64,000 bases of DNA. Source: Alphaproteobacteria bacterium (GTDB taxonomy: Bacteria > Pseudomonadota > Alphaproteobacteria > UBA7887). Of this stretch, positions 42,206 to 51,428 are shown one piece after another. The DNA is taken from positions 1,912,215 to 1,976,214 of the forward strand of contig OZ241350.1 in the NCBI GenBank assembly GCA_965200095.1, in the 5' to 3' direction. Position 1 is the first letter of the stretch. Every line of letters starts with the position of its first letter. The translations under genes were made by a program, and so were the position numbers. The notes beneath the pieces were generated by a model, which ran no database searches, had not been told where the DNA came from, and worked only from the letters and a program-made list of their open reading frames with translations.

Positions 42206-43384
42206 CTATGGGCTGCCCCCGCCGGTCTTGCGATAGGGCGAGAACTCGCGCTCCACGGTTTCGATCTCCCAATCGACGTGACGACGTTCGTGTTCGAGGT
42301 AATCGGCGACGGCATCGCGGAATCGGCTGTCGACGATCCAGTGCGCGCTGTAGGTCCGCCGCGGCATGTAGCCGCGCTGGACCTTGTGCGGCCCTTGCGC
42401 GCCGGCCTCCACCCATTCGAGGCCGCGTTCGATGGCGAAATCGATGGCGCGGTAATAGCACGCCTCGAAATGCAGGAAGTCGTGGCGCTCAATGCACCCC
42501 CAATGGCGCCCGAACAACGCGTTGTCGCCGATCAGGTTCAGCGCGCCCGCGATGTAGCGCCCGTCGCGCCGACACATCGCCAGCGCCACCCGGTCGGCGA
42601 GACGCTCGTGCAACAGTCCGAAAAAGGCGCGGTTGAGATAGGGCGCGCCCCATTTGCGCCGCCCGGTGTCCATATAGAAACGGTGGAAGGCGTCCCAATG
42701 CTCCGGGCGCAGCGCGTCGCCGGTCAGCATCTCGATATCGATGCCGGACGCCCGGACGCCGGCGCGCTCGCGGCGGATGGTCTTGCGTTTGCGCGAATTG
42801 AGCGTCGCCAGGAAGTCGTCGAAACACCCGTAGCCGCGGTTGCGCCAGTGGAACTGCTCGCCGGTGCGCTGAAGGAACCCCGCTTCGCCGAGAGCGCGCC
42901 ACTCCGCCTCCGTGGGGAAGGTGACGTGGAGCGACGACACGCCGATGCGCCCCGCAATTTGGACAGCGGCCGAAATCAGCAGCCGCCGCGCATGGGCCGG
43001 GTCCTGTCCGGGCGCCGTCAGCAGGCGGCCTCCGGTCACCGGCGTGAACGGCGCCGAGCACTGGAGTTTGGGGTAGTAGCAGCCCCCCGCGCGTTCGAAG
43101 GCGTCGGCCCAGCCGTGGTCGAACACATATTCGCCGTAGGAATGGTTCTTGAGATAGAGCGGCATCGCCGCGACGAGCGCGCCCGCCGCGTCCTCGACGA
43201 CGATGTGCTGCGGCAGCCACCCCGTCTCGGCCGAACAACAGCCGCTCTCCTCCAGCGCGTCGAGGAAGGCATGGCTCACGAACGGGTTGCGGGCGCCGTC
43301 CAGGCGGTCCCACGAGGCGGCTTCCAGCTCGCCGAGGCGCGTCAGCGTCCGGGCGGCGTAGCGCGGTTCGGGGCAGGGGGGCAC
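42206..43384 (-). CDS. GNAT-fold acyltransferase (COG3146 / FemAB-like, PF04339 family)
   Basis: About 390 aa; the call rests on overall similarity by recall, not on a specific motif. Moderate confidence. Confidence 0.55.
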   Translation of the reverse strand: MPPCPEPRYAARTLTRLGELEAASWDRLDGARNPFVSHAFLDALEESGCCSAETGWLPQHIVVEDAAGALVAAMPLYLKNHSYGEYVFDHGWADAFERAGGCYYPKLQCSAPFTPVTGGRLLTAPGQDPAHARRLLISAAVQIAGRIGVSSLHVTFPTEAEWRALGEAGFLQRTGEQFHWRNRGYGCFDDFLATLNSRKRKTIRRERAGVRASGIDIEMLTGDALRPEHWDAFHRFYMDTGRRKWGAPYLNRAFFGLLHERLADRVALAMCRRDGRYIAGALNLIGDNALFGRHWGCIERHDFLHFEACYYRAIDFAIERGLEWVEAGAQGPHKVQRGYMPRRTYSAHWIVDSRFRDAVADYLEHERRHVDWEIETVEREFSPYRKTGGGSP

Positions 43385-43406
43385 GCGGCGAAAAGGGGCG
43401 GGGCCC

Positions 43407-44813
43407 CTACGCGGCGCCGGACAGGCCTTCCCGCGCCAGTTCGTCGGCGAACGCCGACAGACCCCGCCCGAATTTGTCGACCATTTCCTCGACGTCGTCT
43501 TCCGAAACGATCAGGGGCGGGGAGAAGCAGACCGTGTTGATCATGCCGCGGCAGATCATCCCCGCGTCCAGCAGGCGGTTCGCCAGACGCGCCGCGATGT
43601 TGCGCTCTGCGTCGAAGGGGACCTTCCGTTCCTTGTCGGCGACGAGTTCGATCCCCGCCATCAGGCCGAGCCCGCGCACCTCTCCCACCAGCGGATGGTC
43701 GGAGAACGCTTCGCGCAGCCGCCGCTGGAAGCAGGTCTCCATCCGCGCCGCGTGCTCCACCAGGCCTTCGCGCTGCATGATTTCGATGGTCTTGAGACCG
43801 GCCGCCGCGGCGACGGGGTGGCCGCCATAGGTATAGCCGTGGGCGAACGGCCCGGTTTCCGGCGAGCCGTCCCTCAGCACCCGCCAGACCTTCTCGGAGA
43901 CGACCGCCGCCGACATGGGCACATAGGCGCTGGTCAGCCCCTTGGCGATGGAGACCATGTCGGGTTCGAGGCCGAAACGCTCGCAGCCGAACCAGCGCCC
44001 GAGCCGCCCGAAACCGCAGATGACCTCGTCGACGATGAACAGGATGTCGTGCCTGGCGAGGACCAGCTGAATCTCGTCGAAATAGCCTTCGGGCGGCGGC
44101 ACCGCGCCGCCGGCGCCCATCACCGGCTCGGCGATGAACGCGGCGCAGGTTTCCGGTCCTTCCTTCTCGATCAGCGCTTCCAGGTCGGCTGCGAGGCGAC
44201 GCGAGAATTCGCGTTCGCTCATGCCCGGCTCCGCCTCCCAATAATGGTGCGGCGCGCCGGTATGCACGAAATCCGCGAGCGGCAGGTTGAACGACCGGTG
44301 CAGGTGCGGCAGGCCGGTCATGCTTGCCGCGGCGACCGTCACGCCGTGATAGCCGCGCCGCCGCGATATGATCTTCCGCTTCCCGGGCTTGCCCCTCAGA
44401 TGGTTGTAATACCACGCGATTTTGACCTGCGTGTCGTTCGCTTCCGACCCCGAATTGCAGAAGAAGACCTTGCTCATGCTGGCCGGCATCAGGCTCAGAA
44501 CCCGGTCGGCGAGGCGTATCGCCGGCTCCTGCGACATCGAGAAGAACAGGTGGTAATAGGCGAGCTTCCGCGCCTGCTCCGCGATGGCCTCGGCCATCTC
44601 CTCGCGCCCGTAACCGATATTGACGCACCACAGACCGCCCATGGCGTCGATGTAGCGCTTGCCGTGGATGTCCTCGACATGCGCGCCTTTCGCGCCGGCG
44701 ACCACCAGAGGCCCCTCGCGCAGGTGGTCGGCGAGAGACGTATAGGGGTGCAGCAGCGACTGCCGGTCCATCTCCTCGAGCGACAGATTGCGCGCGATTT
44801 CGCCTGGGCTCAT
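43407..44813 (-). CDS. class III (omega) aminotransferase
   Basis: FFCNSGSEANDTQVK, IAEPVMGAGGAVPPPEGYF and PLP-lysine region DEVICGFGRLG ... SIAKGLTS. Confidence 0.85.
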   Translation of the reverse strand: MSPGEIARNLSLEEMDRQSLLHPYTSLADHLREGPLVVAGAKGAHVEDIHGKRYIDAMGGLWCVNIGYGREEMAEAIAEQARKLAYYHLFFSMSQEPAIRLADRVLSLMPASMSKVFFCNSGSEANDTQVKIAWYYNHLRGKPGKRKIISRRRGYHGVTVAAASMTGLPHLHRSFNLPLADFVHTGAPHHYWEAEPGMSEREFSRRLAADLEALIEKEGPETCAAFIAEPVMGAGGAVPPPEGYFDEIQLVLARHDILFIVDEVICGFGRLGRWFGCERFGLEPDMVSIAKGLTSAYVPMSAAVVSEKVWRVLRDGSPETGPFAHGYTYGGHPVAAAAGLKTIEIMQREGLVEHAARMETCFQRRLREAFSDHPLVGEVRGLGLMAGIELVADKERKVPFDAERNIAARLANRLLDAGMICRGMINTVCFSPPLIVSEDDVEEMVDKFGRGLSAFADELAREGLSGAA

Positions 44814-44843
44814 GGCAAGCCTCCCAAAGCGCCCGGAGCGGCG

Positions 44844-45311
44844 CTAGCCGATTTCGAAAATACCGTCGACCTCGACGGCCACGCCGCGCGGCAGCGACCC
44901 CGCGCCGACCGCGAAGCGCGCGTGCCGCCCGGCGTCGCCGAACACCGACACCATCAAATCCGAAGCTCCGTCGGCGACCTCGGGATGCCGGGCGAACGAC
45001 TCCGTCGCGTTGACGAACACGCCCAGTTTGACGCAACGCCGGACGCGGTCGAGATCGCCGCCGCATGCCGCCTTCAACTGCGCGATCAGGTTGAGGCCGC
45101 ACAGGCGCGCAGCTTCCTGCCCGACGCTTGCGTCGAACTCCGCCCCGACCTTGCCGATATGCCGAATCTTCCCCTCGTCGAAGGGGATCTGCCCGGCGAT
45201 GAAAACGAGCGACCCGGCGACCGTGAAGGGGATGTAGTTCGCCGCCGGAGTCGACGGCTCCGGCAGCGCGATACCCAGTTCCGCCAGCTTCTTCTCGACC
45301 CGTCCCGACAT
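44844..45311 (-). CDS. ridA: RidA family protein (YjgF/reactive-intermediate deaminase)
   Basis: The start was trimmed to MSGRVEKKLAELGIALPEP; RidA-like C-terminal region RFAVGAGSLPRGVAVEVDGIFE. Confidence 0.7.
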   Translation of the reverse strand: MSGRVEKKLAELGIALPEPSTPAANYIPFTVAGSLVFIAGQIPFDEGKIRHIGKVGAEFDASVGQEAARLCGLNLIAQLKAACGGDLDRVRRCVKLGVFVNATESFARHPEVADGASDLMVSVFGDAGRHARFAVGAGSLPRGVAVEVDGIFEIG

Positions 45312-45661
45312 GTCCCGTTTCCCGTCCCGCTTTCGTCTCCCCAGCATAGGGGCGGGCGGGCGGCGGCGAAAGCGCAATTCGCCGTCCGCCGTCGATAACG
45401 AAGGATACGGTTGCCCCATGCGCCGCGGGAGCTGTCCGTTTCCGGATCGCCGTCCGGCTTTCCGGTGATGCGCCGCACGGGCCAGCGCGGGGCGACACGC
45501 AAGCGCGACAGCGTCTCTCTGTGTCTCGCATGTGTCCGAACCGGGTCGGCGGGGCGTTGAACTCGCCGCGAAATTCGATTACCGGTTCCGGCGTCGGGAG
45601 ACGGGAGGGAATGCGACGATGATTATGAGCCTCGCGCCGCGCGCGTCCGGATCGTCGAAAT

Positions 45662-45689
45662 CCCCCCCCCCCCCCCCCCCCCCCCCCCC
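45662..45689. repeat. poly-C homopolymer (~28 nt) 26 nt upstream of the adhesin-A start codon
   Basis: Read directly: t + 28 c + g. Confidence 0.9.
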
Positions 45690-45715
45690 GCGCCGGTCGA
45701 TGGGGCGCGGCAAGG

Positions 45716-48700
45716 ATGATCCGCCGGGCCTGCGGGCTGCTGGCGCTGGCCTTCCTCGCCGCCGCGGCTCTTGCCGTCTTCCCTCGCACGGCAGAGGCGG
45801 TGTGCACCGTTAACGCCGCCACGTCGACCGAGGTAAATTTCAGAGCCTCGGCGATAACCTCCAGTTCAATCACGTTTTCGTGGAATCGGCCGTCATGCGC
45901 CAGCGGCGCCGTCTCATGGCGTGTTACCGGGGCCACCCTGACCGGCGGCGGCAACTGCTGCAGTCATGTGTATGCAGACGGTGGGACCATTTCCTCTTCG
46001 ACCGCGTCCGCGCTTGGATGGACGAAGACCGGGCTGAACGCCAATACGACCTACCACTGGCGGGTGCGTATCGACCAGCCGATCACCGAGCGATCCGACT
46101 TCTTCCCCCATAATGCCCGACTGAGCGTCACGACCAAACAGGCGTCGCCGGGGACTCCGGGCGGCGTGACGGTGACGCCGGGGGTAGGCCAGCTCGCCGT
46201 CTCCTGGACCGCCGCAACCAATGCCGGCGGCTACAAGGTGCAGTGGAAATCCGGTTCGCAAGCTTACGACGCCGCGCGTCAGGCGACAGTCGGCAGCGGA
46301 ACGAGCCACACCATTACGAGCCTGACCGCGGGGACCGTATACACCGTGCGGGTCATCGCGACGCGGACCAACGCCGACGACGGACCCGCCTCCGCAGAGC
46401 GGACCGGAACGCCCAAATACTCGCCGCCGGGGACTCCGGGCGGCGTGACAGTGACGCCGGGGGTAGGCCAGCTCGCCGTCTCCTGGACCGCCGCAACCAA
46501 TGCCGGCGGCTACAAGGTGCAGTGGAAGTCCGGCGCGCAGGCTTACGACGCCGCGCGTCAGGCGACAGTCGGCAGCGGAACGAGCCACACCATTACGAGC
46601 CTGACCGCGGGGACCGCATACACCGTGCGGGTCATCGCTACGCGGACCAACGCCGACGACGGACCCGCCTCCGCAGAGCGAACCGGAACCCCGAAGGCTG
46701 CGCCGCCGGGGACTCCGGGCGGCGTGACGGTGACGCCGGGGGTGGGCCAGCTCGCCGTCTCCTGGACCGCCGCAACCAATGCCGGCGGCTACAAGGTGCA
46801 GTGGAAATCCGGTTCGCAAGCATACGACGCCGCGCGTCAGGCGACAGTCGGGAGCGGAACGAGCCATGCTATTACCGGCCTCACCGCAGGGACCGAATAC
46901 ACCGTCCGGGTCATCGCGACGCGGAGCAATGCCGACGACGGACCCGCCTCCGCAGAGCGAACCGGAACCCCGAAGGCTGCGCCGCCGGGGACTCCGGGCG
47001 GCGTAACGGTGACGCCGGGAGTGGGCCAGCTTGCCGTCTCCTGGACCGCCGCGGCCAATGCCGACGGCTACAAGGTGCAGTGGAAATCCGGCTCGCAGAC
47101 TTACGACGCCGCGCGTCAGGCGACAGTCGGCAGCGGAACGAGCCACGCCATTACCGGCTTGAGCGCGGGGACCGAATACGCCGTGCGGGTCGTCGCGACG
47201 CGAAGCAATGCCGACGACGGACCCGCCTCCGCAGAGCGAACCGGAACGCCGAGGGCCGCGCCGTCGGGGGCGCCGGGCGGTGTGACGGTGACGCCGGGGG
47301 CGGGCCGGCTCGCCGTCTCCTGGACCGCCGTGACCGGCGCCGACGGCTACAAGGTGCAGTGGAAATCCGGCGCGCAGACTTACGATGCCGCGCGTCAGGC
47401 GACAGTCGGCGGCAGCACGAGCCACACTATCACCGGCCTCGCCGCGGGAACCGAATACACCGTGCGGGTCATCGCGACGCGAACCGACGCCGACGACGGA
47501 CCCGCCTCCGCAGAGCGAACCGGAACGCCCAAACAATCGCCGCCGGGGGCGCCGGGCGACGTAACGGTGACGCCGGAGGTGGGCCGGCTCGCCGTCTCCT
47601 GGACCGCCGCGACCGATGCCGACGGCTACAAGGTGCAGTGGAAATCCGGCTCGCAGACTTACGACGCCGCGCGTCAGGCGACGGTCGGCAGCGGAACGAG
47701 CCATGCCATTACCGGTCTGACCGCGGGGACCGAATACACCGTGCGGGTCATCGCGACGCGCAGCAACGCCGACGACGGACCCGCCTCCACAGAGCAAACC
47801 GGAACGCCGACGACAGGCAGGATCGATCTGTCGGCGCCGACTCTCGCCGTGACGGCGGGCGGCGCCGGGGAGACCTACACGGTGGTTCTGGGCGCAGCGC
47901 CGGATGGCGACGTCACCGTCGCAATAGCGAGCGACAACGGCGATGTGACGGCGACTCCCGACAGCCTCTCCTTCACGGCGTCGGACTGGAGCGCGCCGCA
48001 GACGGTGACGTTAACTGCGGCGGCGGACGATGACGGCTACGCCGATATGGCGTCGCTGACGCATACGGCGTCGGGCGGCGGTTACGACGGGGTGACGGGG
48101 ACGCTGCCCGTGGCGGTGACGGGCGACAGCAAGGTGAGGGTGGGCGGCGCGGGCGAGACGGTCTACCGGATCCGCGGTCGGACGGTGACGGTGGCGGTGA
48201 TGCCCGGCACGCCGGCGGGCATTGAGATCGACCTTGCGGACCTGCCCGAAGCGCCTTCGGGCGAGGCTCTGACGCTGACCTTCGCGCCTGTGGCGTCTCC
48301 GGCGGCGAGCGACGCTTTCGCCTTCGGGCCGCCGGAGTCGCGGACCGTTGTGGATGTGACGGTGACGGCGGGGCGCGTTTCGTCTCCGGGTCTGCGTCTG
48401 TGCCTTCCGGTTGCGGATGCGGCGCGGGATGCGGCGCGGGGTCGTCCGTTGCTGTTGCTGCGTTACGACGGCAGCGCCTGGGGCGCGGTCGCCGGGTCTG
48501 CGGCGAGCGCGGACGGGTCGCTTGTGTGCGCCGATGGCGTGTCGTCGTTTTCGCCGTTTGCGGTTGGGTATGCGGACACGGCGCCGTCGTTTGCGGCGGA
48601 TGCGGCCATCGCGGCGCTGGCGTTCACGGCGGGCGAGGCCATTGAGCCTGTGACCTTGCCTGCGGCGACGGGGGGCGACGGGACGTTCTACGAGCTGGGT

Positions 48701-50269
48701 CCGCGGCCATTGGCGCTGCCGCCGGGTCTGGATATCGACGATGCGACGCGGGTTCTTTCGGGGACGCCGACGGAGGCGTTCGCGCAGCGTCGCTACACAT
48801 GGACGGCGACGGACATCGACGGGGAGAGCGATACGCTGTCGTTCACGATGGAGGTGCTGCCGGCGCTTGCGGCGGCGCGGGAGCGTTTGCGGGCGGTGAA
48901 CGAGTCGGTTCTGCCGGAGTTGTCGCGGGCGATGTGGGGGAGCGTCATCGATGCGCTGACGGGGCGCCTTGAGAGCGCGGGTCTTTCGGTCGGCGACGGC
49001 GCGGGCGTCGCGGCGTCGGGTCTTGCGGGGGCTTCGGAGTTCCTGCGGTCGAACGATGGCGCGCCTGGGGCGGGTTCTGGTTCGTGGCGGGAGTTGCTGG
49101 CGGGCGAATCCTTCGTGCTGGGCGTGGGTTCGGAAGCGGGCGGCGGCGGCGGCGGTTCGCCGGTAATGGTCTGGGGTTCGGGGGACTGGCGCAAACTGTC
49201 GCTGGACGATGCGGTTCTGGACTGGTCCGGGGAGTTGCTCTCGGCGCATGCGGGGGTGGATGCGCGGCTTGGCGGGAGTGTTCGCGGCGGCGTTGCGGCG
49301 TCATGGTTCGAGAGTGAGATCGACTACACGGATCGCAGCGGCGAGGCGGCGGTTTCGGGCGTTCACGAGAGCCGGCTGCCGGCGGTGCATCCCTGGGCGG
49401 GGTGGTTCGGCTCGGACGGCTCGCGTCTGTGGGGGGTGCTGGGCTATGGCGAGGGCGAGGTCGAGATAGCGGATGCGGACCTTGCGGAGCGTTTCGGGGT
49501 CCAGAAGAGCGACAGCGCGTTTCTGGCGGCGGCGGCGGGGGGTTCGGTTCCGGTTGCGTCGTCCGGCGTGTTTGCGCTTGCGCTGAAGGGTTCGGGGGAG
49601 GCGACGCGCTATTCGGTGGAGGACAACGGCGCGGCGATTGCGGCGGTGTCTGTGGACACGCAGCGGTTGCGGCTGTCTGCGACGGGCAGCCGGCGCTGGG
49701 TTCTGGCGGACGGCGGGACGCTTACGCCGTCGCTGGAGGCGGGGGCGCGCTGGGACGGCGGCGACGGGGAGACGGGCGCAGGCGTGGAGTTGGGGGGCGG
49801 CGTGGAGTGGACGCTTCCGTCGCATGGCCTGGCGGTTGCGGCGCGGGGCCGGACGCTGGCGGCCCATGCGGGCGCTGCGGAGGAATGGGGCGTGTCGGGT
49901 TCGGCGCGGCTTTCGCCGCCCGGCGGGCGCGGTCTGTCTCTGGCGCTGTCGCCGCGCTGGGGGGCTTCGGACAGCGGCCTGTCGCGTCTGTGGGACGAGG
50001 GCGTTGCGGGGCGCGGGTCTCCGGTCGGCGGAAGCGACGCGGGCGCGGCGGGTCTGGAGGCGGAGTTGGGCTACGGGTTCCGCGAGGGGGCCGGTCTGCT
50101 GACGCCGTCTGCGGGGTTCGGCTACGGGGACGGCGGCGCGCGGCGCTGGCTGGTGGGAACGCGGTTCGAGCTCGGCCCGGCGCTTGCGGTCTCGGTGGCG
50201 ACCGAACGCCGCGACGGCGCCGCCGACGCCGGACACGCCCTCCGCATCGACCTGCGCATGAACTGGTAG
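45716..50269 (+). CDS. giant secreted repeat protein A (1517 aa): signal peptide, 7 FN3-like domains, Calx-beta/cadherin-like and He_PIG-like domains, C-terminal autotransporter-like beta-barrel
   Basis: Signal peptide MIRRACGLLALAFLAAAALAVFPRTAEA. FN3-like units of ~93 aa ending YTVRVIATR. Calx-like segment VTVAIASDNGDVTATPDSLSFTASDW. Helical linker LPALAAARERLRAVNESVLPEL. C-terminus LRIDLRMNW shows an alternating hydrophobic pattern and a terminal Trp. Confidence 0.8.
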   Translation: MIRRACGLLALAFLAAAALAVFPRTAEAVCTVNAATSTEVNFRASAITSSSITFSWNRPSCASGAVSWRVTGATLTGGGNCCSHVYADGGTISSSTASALGWTKTGLNANTTYHWRVRIDQPITERSDFFPHNARLSVTTKQASPGTPGGVTVTPGVGQLAVSWTAATNAGGYKVQWKSGSQAYDAARQATVGSGTSHTITSLTAGTVYTVRVIATRTNADDGPASAERTGTPKYSPPGTPGGVTVTPGVGQLAVSWTAATNAGGYKVQWKSGAQAYDAARQATVGSGTSHTITSLTAGTAYTVRVIATRTNADDGPASAERTGTPKAAPPGTPGGVTVTPGVGQLAVSWTAATNAGGYKVQWKSGSQAYDAARQATVGSGTSHAITGLTAGTEYTVRVIATRSNADDGPASAERTGTPKAAPPGTPGGVTVTPGVGQLAVSWTAAANADGYKVQWKSGSQTYDAARQATVGSGTSHAITGLSAGTEYAVRVVATRSNADDGPASAERTGTPRAAPSGAPGGVTVTPGAGRLAVSWTAVTGADGYKVQWKSGAQTYDAARQATVGGSTSHTITGLAAGTEYTVRVIATRTDADDGPASAERTGTPKQSPPGAPGDVTVTPEVGRLAVSWTAATDADGYKVQWKSGSQTYDAARQATVGSGTSHAITGLTAGTEYTVRVIATRSNADDGPASTEQTGTPTTGRIDLSAPTLAVTAGGAGETYTVVLGAAPDGDVTVAIASDNGDVTATPDSLSFTASDWSAPQTVTLTAAADDDGYADMASLTHTASGGGYDGVTGTLPVAVTGDSKVRVGGAGETVYRIRGRTVTVAVMPGTPAGIEIDLADLPEAPSGEALTLTFAPVASPAASDAFAFGPPESRTVVDVTVTAGRVSSPGLRLCLPVADAARDAARGRPLLLLRYDGSAWGAVAGSAASADGSLVCADGVSSFSPFAVGYADTAPSFAADAAIAALAFTAGEAIEPVTLPAATGGDGTFYELGPRPLALPPGLDIDDATRVLSGTPTEAFAQRRYTWTATDIDGESDTLSFTMEVLPALAAARERLRAVNESVLPELSRAMWGSVIDALTGRLESAGLSVGDGAGVAASGLAGASEFLRSNDGAPGAGSGSWRELLAGESFVLGVGSEAGGGGGGSPVMVWGSGDWRKLSLDDAVLDWSGELLSAHAGVDARLGGSVRGGVAASWFESEIDYTDRSGEAAVSGVHESRLPAVHPWAGWFGSDGSRLWGVLGYGEGEVEIADADLAERFGVQKSDSAFLAAAAGGSVPVASSGVFALALKGSGEATRYSVEDNGAAIAAVSVDTQRLRLSATGSRRWVLADGGTLTPSLEAGARWDGGDGETGAGVELGGGVEWTLPSHGLAVAARGRTLAAHAGAAEEWGVSGSARLSPPGGRGLSLALSPRWGASDSGLSRLWDEGVAGRGSPVGGSDAGAAGLEAELGYGFREGAGLLTPSAGFGYGDGGARRWLVGTRFELGPALAVSVATERRDGAADAGHALRIDLRMNW
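46141..47820 (+). repeat. six near-perfect 279-bp tandem repeats (one FN3-like domain each) inside adhesin A
   Basis: Repeat starts at about 46147, 46426, 46705, 46984, 47263 and 47542. Identity drifts only slightly between copies. Confidence 0.85.
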
Positions 50270-50344
50270 CGACCGGCGCGCGCGGCGACGGCGCGGGTGC
50301 GCGATACGACCGACGGGAAATCGAGGCGGCGCCGGGCGCGCGCC

Positions 50345-50614
50345 CTACACGACGCCGAACAGGCGCGCGGCCATCGCCAGAACGATCGCGAACATGAAGC
50401 CGAGCACCCACTTGACGGCCCACAATTCCGCCTTGACGGCGCCGATGTCACCCTTGAGTTCGGCTCTGAGTTCGGCGATGTCGCCCTTGGTGGCGACGCC
50501 CTCGCTCACCGCCTTGCGCACGGTTATGGCGATGGCCTTGGCTTGCGGCTCGGGCAGACCCGTGCGGGTCAAGGCCTCGGCCGCCTCCAGCGTGTCGAAC
50601 AACTCAGTGGACAT
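50345..50614 (-). CDS. DUF1640-like coiled-coil protein with C-terminal TM anchor, copy 1 (89 aa; two 11-mer repeats)
   Basis: MSTELFDTLEAAEALTRTGLPEPQAKAIAITVRKAV ... KGDIAELRAELKGDIGAVKAEL ... WVLGFMFAIVLAMAARLFGVV matches the DUF1640 N-terminus, 11-mer repeats and terminal TM. The start was trimmed from ORF 50345..50683. Confidence 0.6.
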   Translation of the reverse strand: MSTELFDTLEAAEALTRTGLPEPQAKAIAITVRKAVSEGVATKGDIAELRAELKGDIGAVKAELWAVKWVLGFMFAIVLAMAARLFGVV

Positions 50615-50644
50615 GCCGCGTCTTCTACGCCCGGTATCGGGGAC

Positions 50645-50673
50645 TGTCAAGCCGCCTGCGCTCACGGCGCAGG
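50645..50673 (-). promoter_or_regulatory. candidate promoter (-35 TTGACA) with an abutting inverted-repeat operator CCTGCGCTCACGGCGCAGG upstream of DUF1640 copy 1
   Basis: On the minus strand: palindrome, TTGACA, 17 nt, TAGAAG, 7 nt, ATG. There is no SD. Repeated upstream of copies 2 and 3. Confidence 0.4.
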
Positions 50674-50990
50674 GCAATCGCACTTGGGCGTCATTTTGGG
50701 TTGGGGTTTAGGGGTTTTGGTTGAGCGGATCGTGTCGAGGAGGAAGTTGTTGTCCCATCCGGCGCGCTTGAGTTTTCCTCGCATGGCGTCTTTTCCGGGT
50801 TCGATGCGCGCGACGTTCAGGGCCATGCGGCGCAGCAGTGCGAGGTTCTCCGGCCCATTCCCGGTGCGGTTGCGCTGCCGATCCTCGTTCATGGTCACGT
50901 CCAATACCCAATGCAACGAGTTCCCGATCGCCCAATGGCCGCGCACCGCGTGCCGGAAGCGCTCCGGGGAGAGTTCGGCGCCCATGATGT
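50662..50990 (-). pseudogene. ISAs1/IS4-like transposase C-terminal fragment
   Basis: HWAIGNSLHWVLDVTMNEDRQRNRTGNGPENLALLRRMALN matches the conserved DDE-transposase C-terminus. The upstream catalytic part is missing. Confidence 0.5.
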
Positions 50991-51387
50991 AGTAGCGCGT
51001 CTCGGTTGTCGTCCCGGTTCGGGTCTCGATGCGCCCGCGGCTGCCGTAGGTGTCTCGATGGCGCCGTCGGCCCGCATCCCCTGCGCCGGGCTGTCCGGGT
51101 AGAGTTTCGAGTCTCCTCTCACGGTCGCCCGTGCCCCCTGTTTCCATGATGGCGCTTGCGATGGCGACGCCGCTATCGGTCGGTCATGGAAATCGGGCGG
51201 CGGTTGCTTTCCGGCAGCGTCCGGGTTGCCGTAGCGAACGGCGTTGTCGATGCGTCTTGACATGCGGTCGAAATCGGGTTACCGGTGCGGGCCATAATTC
51301 ATGAAGGTGGGGGCGATGGATGTCGGTAATCTCTCGGCCGGAACGCGGCGGCGAACCGGACGCCGGTTTACGATGTCGCCCCTGAAT

Positions 51388-51405
51388 CCCCCCCCCCCCC
51401 CCCCC
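51388..51405. repeat. poly-C homopolymer (18 nt) inside the 5' end of the adhesin-B reading frame
   Basis: ccc + cccccccccc + ccccc, read directly. Confidence 0.9.
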
Positions 51406-51428
51406 GCGCCTTCGTCGCGGCGGCGTGG

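Larger units (their letters stand above)
47970..50690. repeat. segmental duplication copy 1 (~2.7 kb): adhesin C-terminal module plus the convergent DUF1640 gene
   Basis: Near-identical to 53670-56390. Scattered SNPs (RYDGSAWG/RYNGDAWG, GDGTFYELG/GDWTIHELG). Confidence 0.85.

Noticed and set aside
43695-45398. 567-aa plus-strand ORF opposite the class III aminotransferase and ridA
   Set aside because: Shadow ORF. The opposite strand carries two well-supported genes.
45532-45813. 93-aa ORF containing a poly-proline run (also 51301..51522)
   Set aside because: The poly-P run is simply the translation of the poly-C tracts. These are not genes in their own right but the out-of-frame leaders relevant to the phase-variation hypothesis.
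48011-49249. 412-aa minus ORFs (also 53712..54950) inside the giant genes
   Set aside because: Antisense of the duplicated adhesin module. They are present twice only because the underlying DNA is duplicated.
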